A stretch of 64,000 nt of DNA from Bacteroidota bacterium. Its GTDB lineage: Bacteria; Bacteroidota; Ignavibacteria; Kapaibacteriales; NICIL-2. A program made the position numbers and the translations under genes. The stretch spans positions 563-64,562 of the forward strand of contig JAIBAE010000017.1 in the NCBI GenBank assembly GCA_019695345.1. The letters are read 5' to 3'. Position 1 is the stretch's first letter. Every line of letters starts with the position of its first letter. This document shows, in pieces, positions 10,398 through 19,291 of this stretch. The notes under the pieces were generated by a model, which was given only the letters and a program-made list of their open reading frames with translations, searched no databases and was not told where the DNA came from.

Positions 10398-11228
10398 TCA
10401 ACGGACGCAGAATCCAAATCCCCAGTATTTATCTGTAGTGTCGTAAAACAACCCATGAATGCTGTAGCCGTTGTAGTAGTTTGTATACATACATAACTCA
10501 TATTTTCCTTTCATTGGGAAATTAACTCCAGCCTGAATTGCATGAACAAGTCCACTAACTCCGCCAACCGATTCCAACTTTACATCGTAAGCGGCTGTAA
10601 TGGATGCACCATTCCCTTCCGGGCAAAGTTGGTAGGTGTATTCAGCTCCTAATGTTGGAATAACTAAGGATAAATCTTTCGCTAATTTTTTGTTCGAGAA
10701 AATAAAATTACAACCTGCATACAAACGCAATTGTTCCCAATTTCTGGAATACACTGCATCAACAAACTCGCGGCTATACACAAACGGTTTAGGATGCAAT
10801 TGCGCACTATCGTTAATTGCTAAACCATCAGCCAAATGTGCAGAAATGTGAGCAATACGAACGCGCCAACTATCTATATATCCTGAGTACTTAGTTGTTC
10901 CACAAAAGTTGATTCCAAACAAATAGTCAACCGTTTCTACAGGAAACTTCAATTTACCTTCCGAACGTAATCGGGTTAAAGTGATGAAGTCTGTTCCGTT
11001 GGTTATAAGCGTGTTTTCTGATTTATACACATCCATTAAATCAACACTGGCACCAATATCTAACCTAAGTCGGTTATCCGATTCTTGATACATTGTTCCA
11101 ATTCTTGGCTCGAATGGATTTGCATATAATGGCGTGAAATTTAGATGCGAGGTATTTTGTGCTTGTACTACATGTGGTAACCAAGAAACAACTATTGCTA
11201 TAAAGAATGATACTCTTTTACTGTTCAT
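10398..11228 (-). CDS. Hypothetical secreted/outer-membrane protein
   Basis: Signal peptide. Beta-rich, aromatic-rich, ends in aromatic residues. No recognisable catalytic motif. Confidence 0.45.
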   Translation of the reverse strand: MNSKRVSFFIAIVVSWLPHVVQAQNTSHLNFTPLYANPFEPRIGTMYQESDNRLRLDIGASVDLMDVYKSENTLITNGTDFITLTRLRSEGKLKFPVETVDYLFGINFCGTTKYSGYIDSWRVRIAHISAHLADGLAINDSAQLHPKPFVYSREFVDAVYSRNWEQLRLYAGCNFIFSNKKLAKDLSLVIPTLGAEYTYQLCPEGNGASITAAYDVKLESVGGVSGLVHAIQAGVNFPMKGKYELCMYTNYYNGYSIHGLFYDTTDKYWGFGFCVR

Positions 11229-11257
11229 ATCAGGTTGATGTTAGTATAAGAATGAGG

Positions 11258-11332
11258 ATTTGTCCCGCAGACTGAGGTTAACTTTTGAATGCTACGTTAA
11301 GGTGCGGTCAGGCGATAGCAAACAAAACTATT
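11258..11332 (+). repeat. Family-2 bipartite element
   Basis: tgtcccgcagac ... ggtgcggtcaggcgatagcaaacaaaactatta. The tail ends on the lpxA TAA stop (complement). Confidence 0.7.
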
Positions 11333-12107
11333 ACCGATATACGCCACGTTTTGATATTTTGATAAACTCAACAATCTCGTTGATTATATCATTGGGAGTT
11401 TGGTTTGCTGTTGCGTAAGCGTTAATTCCATCGGTCATGTTATACCCGCTAAAGAAAACTGTGTTATAGAACGAATCAATCGTATCAACTTGCTCGCGAG
11501 TGAAACCACGGCGCAGTATTCCGATTTTATTAATGCCTTCTACTTTAACTGGCGTTCGACCTAATAACGCATACGGAGAAACATCTTTGGTAAGCATTGC
11601 ATCTGCCGCAACCATTGCGTGTTTTCCTACTCGGCAGAATTGATGAACCTTTGTAACACCGCCCAACACAACCCAATCACCAATTTCTACGTGACCGCCA
11701 AGCTGGGTTGCGTTTGCAATTACAACGTGGTTGCCAATGGTGCAATCGTGCGCAATATGTGAATACGCCATAATAAGGCAGTCATCGCCAACGGTAGTTT
11801 GTTTGGTGTGTGAACCACGGTTTACAGTAGCACATTCGCGTATGGTGGTTCTATCGCCAACAACCGCGTAAGTTGTTTGTCCGTGAAAACGTAAATCTTG
11901 TGGCTCTGCACCAATCACAGCTCCGGGGAATACTATGGACTCTTTGCCAACTCTTGAACCGTTCAATAACACGGTGTGATACATTAGTTGAGTGCCCGCA
12001 CCAACATGAACATCATCTTCCACAATTGCATAGGCACCAATGCTAACATTATCGTCGATGTGAGCTTTAGGAGAAACAATGGCAGTTGGGTGAATTTGTG
12101 TTGCCAT
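11331..12107 (-). CDS. lpxA: Acyl-ACP--UDP-N-acetylglucosamine O-acyltransferase
   Basis: Left-handed beta-helix hexapeptide repeats. Start MATQIHPTAIVSPKAHIDDNVSIGAYAIV is typical of LpxA. 258 aa. Confidence 0.9.
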   Translation of the reverse strand: MATQIHPTAIVSPKAHIDDNVSIGAYAIVEDDVHVGAGTQLMYHTVLLNGSRVGKESIVFPGAVIGAEPQDLRFHGQTTYAVVGDRTTIRECATVNRGSHTKQTTVGDDCLIMAYSHIAHDCTIGNHVVIANATQLGGHVEIGDWVVLGGVTKVHQFCRVGKHAMVAADAMLTKDVSPYALLGRTPVKVEGINKIGILRRGFTREQVDTIDSFYNTVFFSGYNMTDGINAYATANQTPNDIINEIVEFIKISKRGVYR

Positions 12108-13513
12108 TACGCCTCCTTATCAACTACTGCGGCTTGTAAATCTGCTTCGGCTACTAATTTGCCATCTACATACGCTTTAGCTTGCAGCGAAATAGTATTA
12201 AAGCGCTTACCGGTCATTTTAATATCCATTACCAGTTGATCGCCGGGGATTACCGGTTTACGAAACTTGGCGTTGTTGATGCCCATAAAGAACACCAACT
12301 TGTTATCGGTGAAGTTGCCATCAACATTCAATAACAACATGCAACCGCATTGTGCCATTGCTTCAAGTATCAAAACTCCCGGCATTACCGGACGCTCAGG
12401 AAAGTGTCCCGGGAAAAACGGTTCGTTAATAGTAACGTTTTTATATCCTATGATTCTGTTTTGTTCGGTATCAAACTCGGTAATTCTATCAACCAATAAA
12501 AATGGATAACGGTGCGGCATAACTTTTAGGATAGCATTTATATCCATAACAGCACCGTCAATCTTCTTGGGTTGAATTTTTCTCATTACCTTTTTCTGCT
12601 CGTACATCTTTCGGATTTTACGGGCAAACTCGATATTACTTGCATGACCCGGACGTGCAGCCAAAATCTGTGCTTTCATTGGTGCGCCAACTAATGCTAA
12701 GTCGCCAAGCATATCCAATAGTTTGTGGCGTGCCGGCTCGTTTTTATATCGTAAAGAATTATTATTCAATATTCCGTTCGAGCCAAGTACGGCGTTTCCT
12801 TGTATTCCAAGTTTGTGTAACAACGCGTGTAACTCATCATCGCTCATTTCTCTATCTACAATTACAATGGCGTTATCTAAGTTTCCACCGCGAATCAACC
12901 CTTGGTCCCACAACATTTCAACTTCGTTCAGGAAGCAGAATGTTCTGGAAGAAGCAAACTCGCTGATAAATTCTTTTTCTAAGTCAAACATACCGGTATG
13001 TTGCGAGCCCAATGCAGGATTGTTGTAATCAACCATCACTGTAATTCTAAAATCATCCATTGGCAATGCAACGATATCTACACCTTTTGCTTCGTTGGTG
13101 TAACGCACAGGTTGGTCGAACACAAGATAATCGCGTGGTGCTTTCTGATTAACTATTTCAGTTTGTTTAAGCACTTGTACAAATGGCATTGCAGAGCCAT
13201 CACCTACAGGCGGTTCGTTTGCTGTGAGTTCCATTCTGCAATTGTCTATCTGCAAACCTACTAAGGCAGCAAGAACATGCTCAACGGTGTGAACTTGTGT
13301 TCCATCAACTGCTAATGTTGTGCCGCGGGATATATCAACCACATTATCTACAAGAGCAGGAATCTCCGGCGAGTTCGGTACATCAGTACGAACAAACTTA
13401 AAGCCATAATTTTCTTCTGCCGGATGAAATGTGATAGTGGAAATGTTTCCTGTATGTAATCCAACCCCCGAAAAACTAACGGGTTCTTTGATTGTACGTT
13501 GTTGTTCTATCAT
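12107..13513 (-). CDS. lpxC-fabZ: Bifunctional UDP-3-O-acyl-GlcNAc deacetylase / 3-hydroxyacyl-ACP dehydratase
   Basis: N-terminal LpxC (HTGN, HTVEH motifs) fused to a C-terminal FabZ hotdog domain (LPHRYPFLLVDRI). This fusion is characteristic of Bacteroidota, Chlorobiota and Ignavibacteriota. Confidence 0.9.
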   Translation of the reverse strand: MIEQQRTIKEPVSFSGVGLHTGNISTITFHPAEENYGFKFVRTDVPNSPEIPALVDNVVDISRGTTLAVDGTQVHTVEHVLAALVGLQIDNCRMELTANEPPVGDGSAMPFVQVLKQTEIVNQKAPRDYLVFDQPVRYTNEAKGVDIVALPMDDFRITVMVDYNNPALGSQHTGMFDLEKEFISEFASSRTFCFLNEVEMLWDQGLIRGGNLDNAIVIVDREMSDDELHALLHKLGIQGNAVLGSNGILNNNSLRYKNEPARHKLLDMLGDLALVGAPMKAQILAARPGHASNIEFARKIRKMYEQKKVMRKIQPKKIDGAVMDINAILKVMPHRYPFLLVDRITEFDTEQNRIIGYKNVTINEPFFPGHFPERPVMPGVLILEAMAQCGCMLLLNVDGNFTDNKLVFFMGINNAKFRKPVIPGDQLVMDIKMTGKRFNTISLQAKAYVDGKLVAEADLQAAVVDKEA

Positions 13514-13758
13514 GAGCTGTGGTATGTGTCAAAATAAATCGGGTGCAAAAATACGTTTCATTGGGCAGTTAATCGTTACAACCTGCGTTTTTTTTCATTT
13601 TTTAGGTCTAACGCACCAATCCTCTGGCATTATAGTACGTTTTCTTGCGGGAAAGTCCCGCAATTCACGAACACCGTTTACCGTGACAGGAGGTTCTTTC
13701 CGGCATATTGTGGTTTTTTGAAGCTGAGATTTTTGGTGCCGCCACGCGAAGCAAAAGA

Positions 13759-14388
13759 TTACTCACAAACTACTTCAGTATATCGTTTGTGAGCACTTAC
13801 CGACTTAGAGTGTATATCAAAAAATCGTAATGGCAGTTCAGCGGACTTGGTAATTCCTATTCTTGTTGAGACTCCGATTGATACGGGCTTATCTTTATGT
13901 TGAAGCCAGAGTTCTGTATTACAACAACTTATACCATTTTCATTGCGTGTAAAACCTAAACCTTTTGCAACATTCCCCGGACCAGAAAGCAACTTTACGG
14001 CAGGACAATCCCCGCGTTGCTCTTGTATGAAGTCAATGCCGTGTAGTGGTTCAGCAGCTCGAATCAACACAGCACACCCAACAGAATCATCTTCCGTAAC
14101 AACGTTAATACAATGGTGGATACCATAAATAGAATACACATACAAAATACCGCCGTGTTCAAACATTTTATCGTTACGGGGAGTTCGTTTTGTAGCAGCA
14201 TGACAGGCCGCATCATTAGCGCCGAGATATGCCTCTGTTTCAACAATCTTACAAACAATGCTCTTTTCTTTAACGGTACGTATTATATAACTTCCAATTA
14301 AAAGTTTAGCTACATTAATAGTACCATTTCTCAGTTCTTGTTCTGTTATATGCTTGGAGAAATCGGGTTTAAAATCAACTATTTGCAT
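13759..14388 (-). CDS. mpg: DNA-3-methyladenine glycosylase (Mpg/AAG family)
   Basis: Motifs ETEAYLG, HA..G.T.RN..MF, GILYVYSIYGIHHCINVV. Confidence 0.8.
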   Translation of the reverse strand: MQIVDFKPDFSKHITEQELRNGTINVAKLLIGSYIIRTVKEKSIVCKIVETEAYLGANDAACHAATKRTPRNDKMFEHGGILYVYSIYGIHHCINVVTEDDSVGCAVLIRAAEPLHGIDFIQEQRGDCPAVKLLSGPGNVAKGLGFTRNENGISCCNTELWLQHKDKPVSIGVSTRIGITKSAELPLRFFDIHSKSVSAHKRYTEVVCE

Positions 14389-14451
14389 TCGGAATTTGTT
14401 CAGGGTTAATGTGAGTACTAATTTGCCTTTGGTTCTACCAACAATTATTCC

Positions 14452-15720
14452 ATGTCACGGTTCAATACGCCTTTAGTTCGCTTTATTACTAACACTTCTG
14501 CACTAATCCTTGCCGACGGCTTGGCCTTAGTGTCTTCTGCTGTGTTTGTAATTTTGTTAGGAAGAACCTATGGCGCGGCACAACTGGGTTTGTTATCGTA
14601 TGCAATGGCGTTTGCAGCAATTGCCCAAACCATAGTAGATTCCGGTTACGATATTACTTTACCGCGTAAAATCGGGAATAATCCACAGACAGCTGTTGAA
14701 TCCGTTTTAAATTCCATGTCAACCAAAGCAATGATGAGCATTATTATACTCCCAGTTGCTTTTATCAGTACACTGTTTATCCGAACAGATGCCCACGTTT
14801 TAACTACTGTAATGTTAATTGACATTATACCCACAGTTATGGGATATACCTACTTGACCGCATTACGTGGATTATTAGTTACCAAAGAAAGTTCAGTTAT
14901 ACAAGGATTGTATACTTCAAGTATCTTTATTGTTTGTGGGTTATTAGTTCTACTACAGGTACCTCTTGTTGTCTTTACAATTGTTATGGTGCTTGGTGAT
15001 ACGCTGAAGTATTTTCACCTGAAAAAACTGATACAAGCCAAAGTGGGTACATCTGTTTCCATATCTAAAGTTTATAAACAACACCATAGCGTAACCTTGT
15101 GGAACACCACTCTATTATACACTGCATATAGAGAACAAAAATCATTATTGATTACAAACATACTTAGCAGTGCATTAGTTAGAGTTCCAACTGTTTTTTT
15201 AGGATGGTACTCTACCAACGTAGTTGTAGGAGAATACGCAGCGGCAGCTCGGTTTTATTCTTCATTACGGATTATCCCGGGTGCATTCTTTAATGCCATA
15301 TTGCCGGAATACTCCAATACCGAAACTCGTTCACCAAAAATTAAACGTGTGTTATTCCTTTCTATGTTCTGTGCAATATGTATATCGGCAATATTATATG
15401 TTGTTGCTCCATTACTAATTAAGTATACATTTACGTACACCGCTTCCGTAAATATATTACAAATACTATCTGTTGGCTTTTGTGGTTTATTCCTTAAAAC
15501 CATAGCGGAAGCATTTCTCTTAGCAAAACATCTGGAACACCTTGTTAACTACACGTTGTTAGGTGTTAGTATTTTTGCCATAAGTGCAATGTTGTATTTT
15601 TCAGGAACATCATCGGTTACTGTTGCATGGTGCGTTACACTCTCGGAATGGGCGCTGTGTATTATCATGACAATTATTTTACTCCTTACCCGTAGTGTGA
15701 GGCATCCAAGAAGGAATTGA
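14452..15720 (+). CDS. Polytopic membrane protein, putative oligosaccharide flippase (Wzx/MOP-like)
   Basis: About 12 predicted TM helices with a MOP-flippase-like N-terminus. Confidence 0.5.
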   Translation: MSRFNTPLVRFITNTSALILADGLALVSSAVFVILLGRTYGAAQLGLLSYAMAFAAIAQTIVDSGYDITLPRKIGNNPQTAVESVLNSMSTKAMMSIIILPVAFISTLFIRTDAHVLTTVMLIDIIPTVMGYTYLTALRGLLVTKESSVIQGLYTSSIFIVCGLLVLLQVPLVVFTIVMVLGDTLKYFHLKKLIQAKVGTSVSISKVYKQHHSVTLWNTTLLYTAYREQKSLLITNILSSALVRVPTVFLGWYSTNVVVGEYAAAARFYSSLRIIPGAFFNAILPEYSNTETRSPKIKRVLFLSMFCAICISAILYVVAPLLIKYTFTYTASVNILQILSVGFCGLFLKTIAEAFLLAKHLEHLVNYTLLGVSIFAISAMLYFSGTSSVTVAWCVTLSEWALCIIMTIILLLTRSVRHPRRN

Positions 15721-17444
15721 ACTCAGTGCATGTAATGAATTACTATCATCTATACAACTATACGCAACGTAATCAACTATTAATCCCATGCTTTGCATTG
15801 TGTTTAGTGTTGTTACATTCATGTGCAAATGTTCAGCCACCAAGTGGCGGACCTGCCGATAAAGAAGGTCCGTTTGTAGATACATCAACTATCCAATCAG
15901 GCATTACGAATTTTAAACAAAAGAGCATTGACCTACATTTTAGCGAATACGTTGATAAATCCAAAGTACTTGAAAGTATTATCATTTCTCCCGAAGCCAA
16001 GTTAGAGTTTGATTTCAGCTGGAAAACACTCACAATTACTTTTGCAGAACCATTGGATTCCAACGCAACCTATGCACTAACACTCGGAACCGAATACACT
16101 GATGTTCACGGCAACAAACCACAACAAGCACATACGCTTATTTTCTCAACCGGAACCATGTTGGACTCAGGTGTGATTCGCGGGAAGTTGTACGATAACA
16201 ATCCTGCCGGTACATACATCTTTTTGTATCCGTTAAAAAATATGAACCCCGATACCCTGAACTACTCAACAACCAAACCAAAATACAGAACACAGGTTGG
16301 AACAAACGGTATGTTCGAATTCAGGGCATTATCGGAAGGAATTTTCAGAATTGTTGCTGTTCGAGATGAAGATAAAAATGGGGTGTACAATGAAACCACC
16401 GATGCATTTGGAACAACTAACTTTGATGTTGCCTCAAGTAAAGGGGCTATTCAAGAGATTCCGTTACGCATTAATCCATTGAAAGATAAAATAGCTCCCT
16501 TTATGACTGAAGTACGGAGTAAATCAAACACAAAAACAGAAGTGTTATTTAACGAGCCAATTGATACCACGTCTATTACAACTGCCTCATGGTTGTTCAC
16601 CGATTCTGCCGGAGTAATGAACGCAACTATTCTTGCAACGTATGTAGCACCCGGTAATGCAAAGAACGTCCTGCTCATTACTTCTCCGTTCGATTCAACC
16701 GTCCGCACGTGGAAAATTACCTGCAAGAACAACGGCCAGTCGGTAAAGGATACTTCCGGAAATGCGGTTCCTGATTCTGTAAACTCAATGTTATTTTCTG
16801 CTTCGCAAGAGCGCGACACAACCACAGTTATACTTCAAACCATTTCCCTGCGCGACAGTACTCGCAACGTATCTCTAAAGCCAACATCACAAATAATATT
16901 TAATGGTGCTATCAAGCATGATGGTATTGAGCAACGTTTGGGGCTGTTCAAAGGCAATACACGTATTGAATCAAACATCACATGGCATGGCGATAATATT
17001 GTAAGTATAACACCAAAGGATTCACTCACTGGCAATACCTGGTACGAGCTTCGTTTCAGAACATCTGGTATCACCAGCGTACTTGGAAAACCTGTTAACG
17101 ATACGTTGTATCGTAATGCATTTAAAACACTTGATACTCGCACTTTTGGTATTGTAAAAGGAATAATTAAAGACTCTCTTGCCACTTCCAAAAGTTATGT
17201 GATAGAACTAAAAGGTAAAACCACGTTAATCCGTACCATTTCTAAAGCCGGCAGTTTTGTATTTAACGATGTCCCCGAAGGCGACTACACTGTTACAATC
17301 TTTGGCGATGATAACGGAGATGGAAAATACACTGCAGGTAACGCCAAACCATATCAACATGCGGAACGGTTTGTCTCTTTAGAAAAACCAATTACCGTTA
17401 AAGCACGCTGGACAATAGATGATATCAAATTGGAGTTAAAATGA
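15717..17444 (+). CDS. Lipoprotein with Ig-like (SbsA-type) domains
   Basis: Lipobox LLHSC after a hydrophobic segment. Beta-rich repeats. The real start may lie at an internal Met. Confidence 0.45.
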   Translation: MNSVHVMNYYHLYNYTQRNQLLIPCFALCLVLLHSCANVQPPSGGPADKEGPFVDTSTIQSGITNFKQKSIDLHFSEYVDKSKVLESIIISPEAKLEFDFSWKTLTITFAEPLDSNATYALTLGTEYTDVHGNKPQQAHTLIFSTGTMLDSGVIRGKLYDNNPAGTYIFLYPLKNMNPDTLNYSTTKPKYRTQVGTNGMFEFRALSEGIFRIVAVRDEDKNGVYNETTDAFGTTNFDVASSKGAIQEIPLRINPLKDKIAPFMTEVRSKSNTKTEVLFNEPIDTTSITTASWLFTDSAGVMNATILATYVAPGNAKNVLLITSPFDSTVRTWKITCKNNGQSVKDTSGNAVPDSVNSMLFSASQERDTTTVILQTISLRDSTRNVSLKPTSQIIFNGAIKHDGIEQRLGLFKGNTRIESNITWHGDNIVSITPKDSLTGNTWYELRFRTSGITSVLGKPVNDTLYRNAFKTLDTRTFGIVKGIIKDSLATSKSYVIELKGKTTLIRTISKAGSFVFNDVPEGDYTVTIFGDDNGDGKYTAGNAKPYQHAERFVSLEKPITVKARWTIDDIKLELK

Positions 17445-18523
17445 TAATCATTGATTCCAATATTCCCCTATTACCGGATGTACTCACACAACACGATGAA
17501 GTACTCGTTGTTCAACATTCCGAAATCACCAACAAATTATTAACAGAAACCGGTTGTACTGAATTGTTTGTACGCTCAACAACTAAAGTAAATGCAACAC
17601 TGCTACAACACACAAACGTTCGGTTTGTTGGTACAGCAACATCAGGTACAGACCACATAGATACAACCCATTGCACAGAACACAACATTACAACAACTTC
17701 TGCTGCTGGCTCTAATGCAAACTCTGTTGCTGAGTATGTAGTATTTGGTATTCTCCAATACTGTGAGAATATCAATGTTACCCCGGACGAACTAACCATT
17801 GGCATAATCGGCTTTGGAAATGTAGGAAAGCTTGTTGGGTATTATTCTCACATGATTGGATTAGATGTACTGATAAATGACCCGCCTTTACGCCAACATG
17901 GGTTAGAACTCCCCGAATGGATTGACGAGTACTGCGATCTGGAATCATTGTTAACAAACGCTGATATTGTTACAAACCACGTTCCGTTAACTACTACAGG
18001 AGAGTATCCAACACAAAACCTTCTCAATTGGACAACGCTTGATGAAATTCAAGAATCTTCACTTGTTATTTCTACTTCTCGTGGAAGTGTAGTGCAAGAA
18101 TCGGCGTTGATATTTCATGCTGAAGAAAAAGGACTTTCGTTGATAACCGACGTATGGGAAAACGAACCTTCGTTCAATTCTAAACTTGCAGAAAAATCTT
18201 TCTTAGCAACCCCGCATGTTGCAGGACATAGCTACGATGGTAAACTCCGTGGTTCGCTCATGATGGCACAAGCTTATGCTGAATATAAAAACGTTGAAGT
18301 TGATACATCCATCATCCAACAAGCCTTGCAAGGTATGTCGGTTTCTATTTCAACATTCAACAACTACACTAAACTTAAAAACAATATAGATACATCTCGG
18401 AACATTACCGATGACTCTGCTAAATTCAAATCACTACTTCAATTAAGCGTTGAGGACAAACAACGTGCGTTTGCAGAGTTTAGAAGAAACTACCCAATCC
18501 GAAGAGAATCAATTAAACCTTAA
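17441..18523 (+). CDS. D-isomer-specific 2-hydroxyacid dehydrogenase, PdxB (erythronate-4-phosphate dehydrogenase)-like
   Basis: NAD-binding GIIGFGNVGKLVG. N-terminus MIIIDSNIPLLPDV resembles PdxB. Confidence 0.6.
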   Translation: MIIIDSNIPLLPDVLTQHDEVLVVQHSEITNKLLTETGCTELFVRSTTKVNATLLQHTNVRFVGTATSGTDHIDTTHCTEHNITTTSAAGSNANSVAEYVVFGILQYCENINVTPDELTIGIIGFGNVGKLVGYYSHMIGLDVLINDPPLRQHGLELPEWIDEYCDLESLLTNADIVTNHVPLTTTGEYPTQNLLNWTTLDEIQESSLVISTSRGSVVQESALIFHAEEKGLSLITDVWENEPSFNSKLAEKSFLATPHVAGHSYDGKLRGSLMMAQAYAEYKNVEVDTSIIQQALQGMSVSISTFNNYTKLKNNIDTSRNITDDSAKFKSLLQLSVEDKQRAFAEFRRNYPIRRESIKP

Positions 18524-18528
18524 CACCT

Positions 18529-19101
18529 ATGGCATTTACAATTATCGAAGAATTACTCAACGGCTTAGTCCTTATCAAACCCGATGTATTTGGCGATGAC
18601 CGTGGTTTTTTTATGGAAGCGTATAATGAAAACAGTTTCAAACAACTTGGCATTAACGCTCATTTTTTTCAGGATAACCATTCTCGTTCATCGCAAGGTG
18701 TGTTGCGTGGATTACATTTCCAATGGGAAAAGCCAATGGGCAAGCTTATACGTGTTGTTCGTGGTAGCATTCAGTTGGTAGAAGTAGATATACGCCCCAA
18801 CTCTCCAACGTGTGGTGAACACATCATGCGTGAGTTATCAGAGGGCAACAAACTTATGATGTGGATTCCTCCCGGATTTGCTAATGGCTTTTTAGTAACA
18901 AGTGATGTAGCTGATGTTCAATACAAATGTAGCGCTATCTACAACCCGCCGTGCGAAAGTGGAATCCGCTGGAACGACTCGGCTCTTGGGATTAACTGGG
19001 GTATTGAACTGCCCACGCTTTCACCTAAAGATGCAAATGCCCAAACATTACAAGAATGGCTCTCCAAACCAGAGGCACAAGTGTTTACGTATTATAAGTA
19101 A
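18529..19101 (+). CDS. rfbC: dTDP-4-dehydrorhamnose 3,5-epimerase
   Basis: RmlC cupin motifs (GDDRGFFME, RGLHFQ). Confidence 0.9.
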   Translation: MAFTIIEELLNGLVLIKPDVFGDDRGFFMEAYNENSFKQLGINAHFFQDNHSRSSQGVLRGLHFQWEKPMGKLIRVVRGSIQLVEVDIRPNSPTCGEHIMRELSEGNKLMMWIPPGFANGFLVTSDVADVQYKCSAIYNPPCESGIRWNDSALGINWGIELPTLSPKDANAQTLQEWLSKPEAQVFTYYK

Positions 19102-19291
19102 TACTATTATGCTAACGCAATCCGCGCCACAACATATTTAAGTACAAACCATTCTCTTGCGGGAAAAAAACCTCCGCAACTACAAATCCAACATCATGAA
19201 ACGATATGTTGTTAGGCTAACGTTCTCTCCTGCAACGCATTGTTATGTTGTTTTTCAACAGTACGGAGCAGTCATGCGATAGCAACAAAAA

